This document shows positions 58,823 to 64,000 of a stretch of 64,000 nt of DNA, in pieces. Position numbers and translations under genes: made by a program. The notes under the pieces are model-generated. The model did no database searches and had not been told where the DNA came from. It saw only the letters and a list, made by a program, of their open reading frames with translations. The DNA is from Chrysomallon squamiferum (Eukaryota > Animalia > Mollusca): contig CM022679.1 in assembly GCA_012295275.1 (NCBI GenBank), positions 26,970,001 to 27,034,000 on the forward strand, written 5' to 3'. Positions within the stretch are counted from its first letter, which is position 1, and each line of letters starts with the position of its first letter.

Positions 58823-59292
58823 TATATTTTTAGCTGTAAAAGTCTGCTTATAAATTTTGGTTACGGTGTTCATTTCTCTTTCCTCTCATTCATTTCTATT
58901 ACATTATTTCTAGTTACACCTAATATAAGAACATGGAACTGGAATATTAAATACATTTGTTTTTTTTAATATTTTACATATTTAAATTTTAAAATATTTG
59001 GTGGAACTAATACAGTATAAAAATATGAAATTTTGGAACAGTAAATTAATTTGTTTTTAATTTAAATACTTATTTATATACTAAAATATTTGACAGTTAA
59101 TATAACACAAGAACATGGAACTTTGGAAAGATAACATATTATTACTTTTTTTAATATACATATTTAAATTTTTAAGTATTTTATAACTTTTTACAATGTA
59201 ATAAATTTTTGTACTGGAATAATGCATTTTATTTTGTAATGTTAAACATGTTAAAATTATAAAGTGGTAGCATTGTAGTACAAGTCTCTTTG

Positions 59293-59590
59293 TCAAATTT
59301 CTGTTCCAAAGTTATTTTAATGGTATATATTGAAATATATGTCTCTTAAATTAATTTTTCTTTCATTGTTATTTTAATGATAGCACTGAAATGAATTTCT
59401 CTGCTGAATTTCTGTTTCATTGTTATTTTAATGGTAACTACTGAAATATGTGCCTCTTACATGGATTTCCTTTACATTGTTATTTTAATGTAATATTGAA
59501 ACATAAGTCTCATTCATAACTGAATTTCTGTTCCATCGTTATTTTAATAGCTGTATTGAAACAGAAATCTCTTACCTGAATTTCTGTTTT
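59293..59590. repeat. ~56-bp tandem repeat, about 6 copies
   Basis: gaatttctgtttcattgttattttaatg anchors at about 59295, 59353, 59406, 59463, 59522 and 59578. Confidence 0.85.
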
Positions 59591-60529
59591 TAATTTACAT
59601 TTTTAAAACTAAATGCCAAAAGGTTTGCTTCTATGTGTCTTACTTAATATAATATTTAATATTTATTTATTTATTTATTTAATGTTTATCAAGTAGTTGT
59701 TTAATGTGAAATAAATATACTCGAATTTAATGAGGCCTGTGTAAGTATATATAACAGTTTTCATCTGAATATTATAAAATATTGAGAAAGATTTAATATT
59801 CTTAGCAGTGGTTATGAGAAATAGCAGTTAATTTTATCTATGATTTGTTAAGATGAGATTTGCCAAGAATATTTATAAACCACAGTTCAAACAATTTTAC
59901 AATTATATATATATATAAGTCTAAATCAAATGTAGATGTCATATAGATATGTAAAATAGATAAAAAGGACCAGTAAACATTTTTTTAAATGTTTCAAGAT
60001 TAGAATAAGGTAGCATATACATTTAAATGTATAAAAAAATAGGATAATATTATTATATGTAATAGTATATACATATGCAAAATAACTACCATGAATTGTA
60101 TTTGAAAGATCCATATAGTATATATTTTCATTTTAGAATTATTATTATTATTATTATTATTATTATCACTGTTATTATTGTAATGCAATTAGAACTAGTA
60201 TAGTTAACATTTATATTACATACAAAACTAGTATTTAAAATGTTAGAAGTTTTTATTCATTTTCTTTTAAAAATGTTTTTTCTCTGAATATATAGTTCTG
60301 AATATTTTATTTCCAGTAGATTTTAATAATACATTTGGGGGGGGGCATTCGGTCTAAAATTTCAGATCAAACTTTTTCTTATATATATAAGACTGATCTG
60401 AAACTTGATATACATCATAATTTCATAAAATGAAAGTAAATTTTAAACAGTAATGCTATTATTAGACCTTTATGATGGTAGTGTATCTATGCTCTTGTAT
60501 TCATTATTGTAAACTTATACACATTGCAG

Positions 60530-60631
60530 TCCCCATATTATGACAGCACCAAATTATGCGACAGTAAACAACCTAACATTATCGAGCCCAACTCTACTAG
60601 GTTCCTCATATTCTGGCCCTCCCCCTTTGAG
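60530..60631 (+). CDS. Probable further CDKL exon (phase 2-2)
   Basis: TTGCAG| ... AG|GTAAAC, 102 nt, open in the frame required by exon 54862-55229: SPHIMTAPNYATVNNLTLSSPTLLGSSYSGPPPL. It is a GC-richer island in AT-rich intron. Confidence 0.6.
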
Positions 60632-62294
60632 GTAAACACACAGTTCTCTCTCTCTCTCTCTCTGTCACATTAGAGAAATAACCAGTCACCCAGTTTGTGC
60701 ATTTTCATTGCTGAATCTTGACTAAAGGTTCCTTTTTGTGGTTAGGCGTTTTCAGGATTAAAAAAGTAAATAAATAATAATAAGAAGAAGACGCGAAAAA
60801 AGAACTTAACAAATAACAGAAGTGAAAGACTGACTGTCAAGCTTGAAGCAATATCTTTTCATTGTTTTTATTTCAGTGTTTTTTGTTTGTTTTATTTATT
60901 TATATATTTTTTTATTTATTTATTTTTTTTAATTATTTTTTTATTTTTTGTACAAGAAATTAAAAAAAAAAAAAAAAACCACTTGGAAATAAGCAAAAAA
61001 AACCTTAAAAAAAACAACAGAAAGAGAACGAATTTAAAAAAAAAAAATTATTATTTTTTTTTTTTTTTTTATACATATACATACCTTTAGTCAAGATACA
61101 GTAGTTGTGCTTTAAATCCCTCCCTTTTCACTGGCCTCACCTCACTTTTGTTTTAATCTGCTGCTACTCCCCAGTGTGCAAGCTTTTCACTAATCACTGA
61201 TCAGCTGAAGAGCCAAACTCATGGTAAAATTATAAACGTAGAAAAATATATAAACATTTGTAACCTGAACTTACAAAGCCCACATTTCTTAATTTTTAAT
61301 GTTTAGCCATTCTGAACCCTGACACATAATGACAAACAGCTCAAACCCTGGTTTTTAAGTGTTACTAGTTAAAATAGATGGAATGAATTGACTACATCAC
61401 TGTTTGGTCTTCATAGCACATCAGTCGTATTATTGCTACAGTATGTTTGGCTACACTGTAGGCCAATCAAGTTCTATGGGTTAAGCATTGCAAACATATA
61501 TACTCTACAAGTTAAATATTTCAAATGTATGGACATTAAAATCAAAATAATTACAAAAATCAAAAAAATCAACTTTAGAATAAAAATACTGCATAGTTAT
61601 TAATTAAATGGCTGCAAAATACTTTCCCAATAACCAAAATGTATCAGCTTTAGTACAGGGTTTGTTTTTGTATTTTTTTGTATTTTTTTTGTATTTTTTG
61701 TTTTACATCAACAGAACAAAAGAGGTATTGTCTGTACATTCAAATGATACACTGAATAGCAAGGACAAAAAATTAAAAAATAAAATTTATGATACTTTTA
61801 TAACAACACGAGTGGGATAATATAACATCTATCTTGATAAATGTACTTGTCTGTACACTTTCAGTGACTATCTATTTTATTTATCTACAAATAGCTGCCA
61901 GTAATAATCACCAATTTAACCCCAGTGTTAGAATAATTTCAAAATACAAGTCTGGGTGTCACGTTAACCATTGCCTATATAAGAAATATTTTCCTCCTAT
62001 TTTACAGGGTCATATGGGTTCAATATTGCACTTGTGTAATATTCTGGCATTTCCTGCTTGCAAAAACAACCAAAAAAAAACATAATAATATACACTGATA
62101 TATCATTAAAGTTTCTGAAATTTGTAAGCCCCAAACTTTGATTATTCCATGAGCATGGCTCTTTAACTATTTCAAAAAAACCTGTGTGTTTCCTTTTACC
62201 AGCAGTGAGAGTTTTATAATCATATTTTGTGTTTGAGCGTTACAAGACATTTTAATAACAGTGAATTAATTTTCTTAATATTGATTTGTGTTCA

Positions 62295-62520
62295 AATTAG
62301 ATGTGCCATAGTTGTAGTACTAGCATTTGAGAAAAAAAGTTGAAGTAATTAATTTTATTAATTTCTATTTAATTAAATTTAGATGCTTACTAATTATAGC
62401 AACAGTTGAAATAAAAGTTAAAGTGATTAATTTTATTAATTTCTCTTTAATTCAATTTAGATGCTTACTAATTGCAGCAACATTTGAAATAAAAGTTAAA
62501 GTGATTAATTTTATTATTAC
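62295..62520. repeat. ~78-82-bp tandem repeat, 3 copies
   Basis: ttagatg anchors at about 62297, 62379 and 62457. Confidence 0.85.
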
Positions 62521-62576
62521 TATTATTACTGTTATTATTATTATTATTATCATCATTATTATCGTTGTTGTTGTTG

Positions 62577-62651
<75 letters not shown>

Positions 62652-63080
62652 TTTTATTTTGTTTTGTTTTGTTATTCTTTATTATTTTATTTTATTTATT
62701 TATTTTTTTAATTTTAAATGTACCATAATCACAGCAACATTTCAGAGAGGGGACAAAAAACACCATACTGAGCAAATGAAATAATTTATTTGATTATTTT
62801 CTATTTTATTAAAGTCATATGCTTCATAGTTGTATTTACATATAAGTTATTGCAGTTAACTTTCTTATCCTGTATTATGGAAAGGTAAACACTATATCTG
62901 CCAACAAATGGAAAAGTGATTAGTAGTAATAATGACATTTTAAAAATTTTTTCCTTGAGTATGTTGTATAAAGTTGGCTGATTCATATATGTTAGTATTA
63001 AATCATCTTTTAGATTATCTTGAATATGTTCATTCTTTATATTTACTGAAAATAAAGTTATTACATATAAATGTAACTAT

Positions 63081-63322
63081 TTATCATGTCTGTGAACATC
63101 ATGATCATTTATTTTAATTTATTTATTTATTTAGTTATTTTTTTTACACTTTTGATCCATTAAAGCATACATTTAGCAACTTTATAAACTGAAATTTTCT
63201 ATTTGTCATGTCTGTAAACATCATGATCATTTATTATAATTAATTTATTTATTTAGTTATTTTTTTTACACTTTTGATCCATTAAAGCATACATTTAGCA
63301 ACTTTATAAACTGAAATTTTCT
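63081..63322. repeat. Recent 122-bp tandem duplication
   Basis: Two near-identical copies (catgtctgt at 63085 and 63207). Confidence 0.9.
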
Positions 63323-64000
63323 TTTGGTAATCTAACAAAGAGTGAAAAAAAAAGAAAAAAAGATAAATAAAATAGAATCTGAAATTGAATAAAATGGCCA
63401 GTTATATTACTTTTGAATCACTTTGTGTACCTTTCATGGAGATAGATCAAACACTTCTTAATCCTTCTTAACTTAAATAATTGTCTTTTTTTTTTTTTTT
63501 ACACATTGAGGTCATTCATAATGCAAATAATAATTGTATACATATATAACAGGAGTTTTTCTGTTTTATTGGGGTTTTTTGTAACAGTTACATACCAATA
63601 TATATTTTGTTTTGCTTAGATCATTTATAACAAAAATAATTATTGTATATCTGTGTAACTGCACCTTTACTAAGTAATTTCATTTACATTTCAAGTCTTT
63701 ATTATGTAAATATATCCTGTAATTATAGTTATCTTTTAATTTATTTAATCCAAATAGATACTGTATACCTATAGATTGTATTAAGAAAGCTTATTTATAA
63801 CTCAAATAGTAATTTTATTTGTTATGTAACTATCTTTTAAGCCATTAAGTTTATTTATAATGTAAACAGTTATTGTGTACCTGTATAATTATGGTTTCTT
63901 TCAATATGTTTTTTATAATGCAAGTACCCAGAAATTACCTTATGTCTATATATCTCATTACCTCTAGTACTAAAGCTGTACTTATGAAACTAATTTTTAC

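Overview
AT-rich, microsatellite-dense animal genomic DNA with intron-rich genes. A mollusc, probably a gastropod, is inferred from recalled repeat families and is not proven. Three protein-coding genes were reconstructed by hand from GT-AG splice sites and reading-frame phase. (1) A minus-strand gene encodes a divergent tandem calponin-homology (CH-CH) domain plus a long low-complexity region running off the left edge, with an unexplained one-base frame break at the start of its large exon. (2) A complete plus-strand KLHL2/KLHL3/kelch-type BTB-BACK-Kelch gene has 11 coding exons and 577 aa. (3) A plus-strand CDKL2-like kinase has an unresolved 3' end. Decayed mobile elements include an RNase H-bearing non-LTR retrotransposon, a Kolobok/Mutator-like transposase fossil, a Tigger/pogo deletion derivative, a hAT-type MITE, SINE-like relics and a young 114-bp insert with an 11-bp TSD. 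The most striking pattern is that many intronic tandem arrays, in all three genes, are built from copies of the neighbouring exon-intron junction itself. These form ladders of decoy splice sites that decay away from the exon. Most ORFs in the supplied track are microsatellite artefacts.
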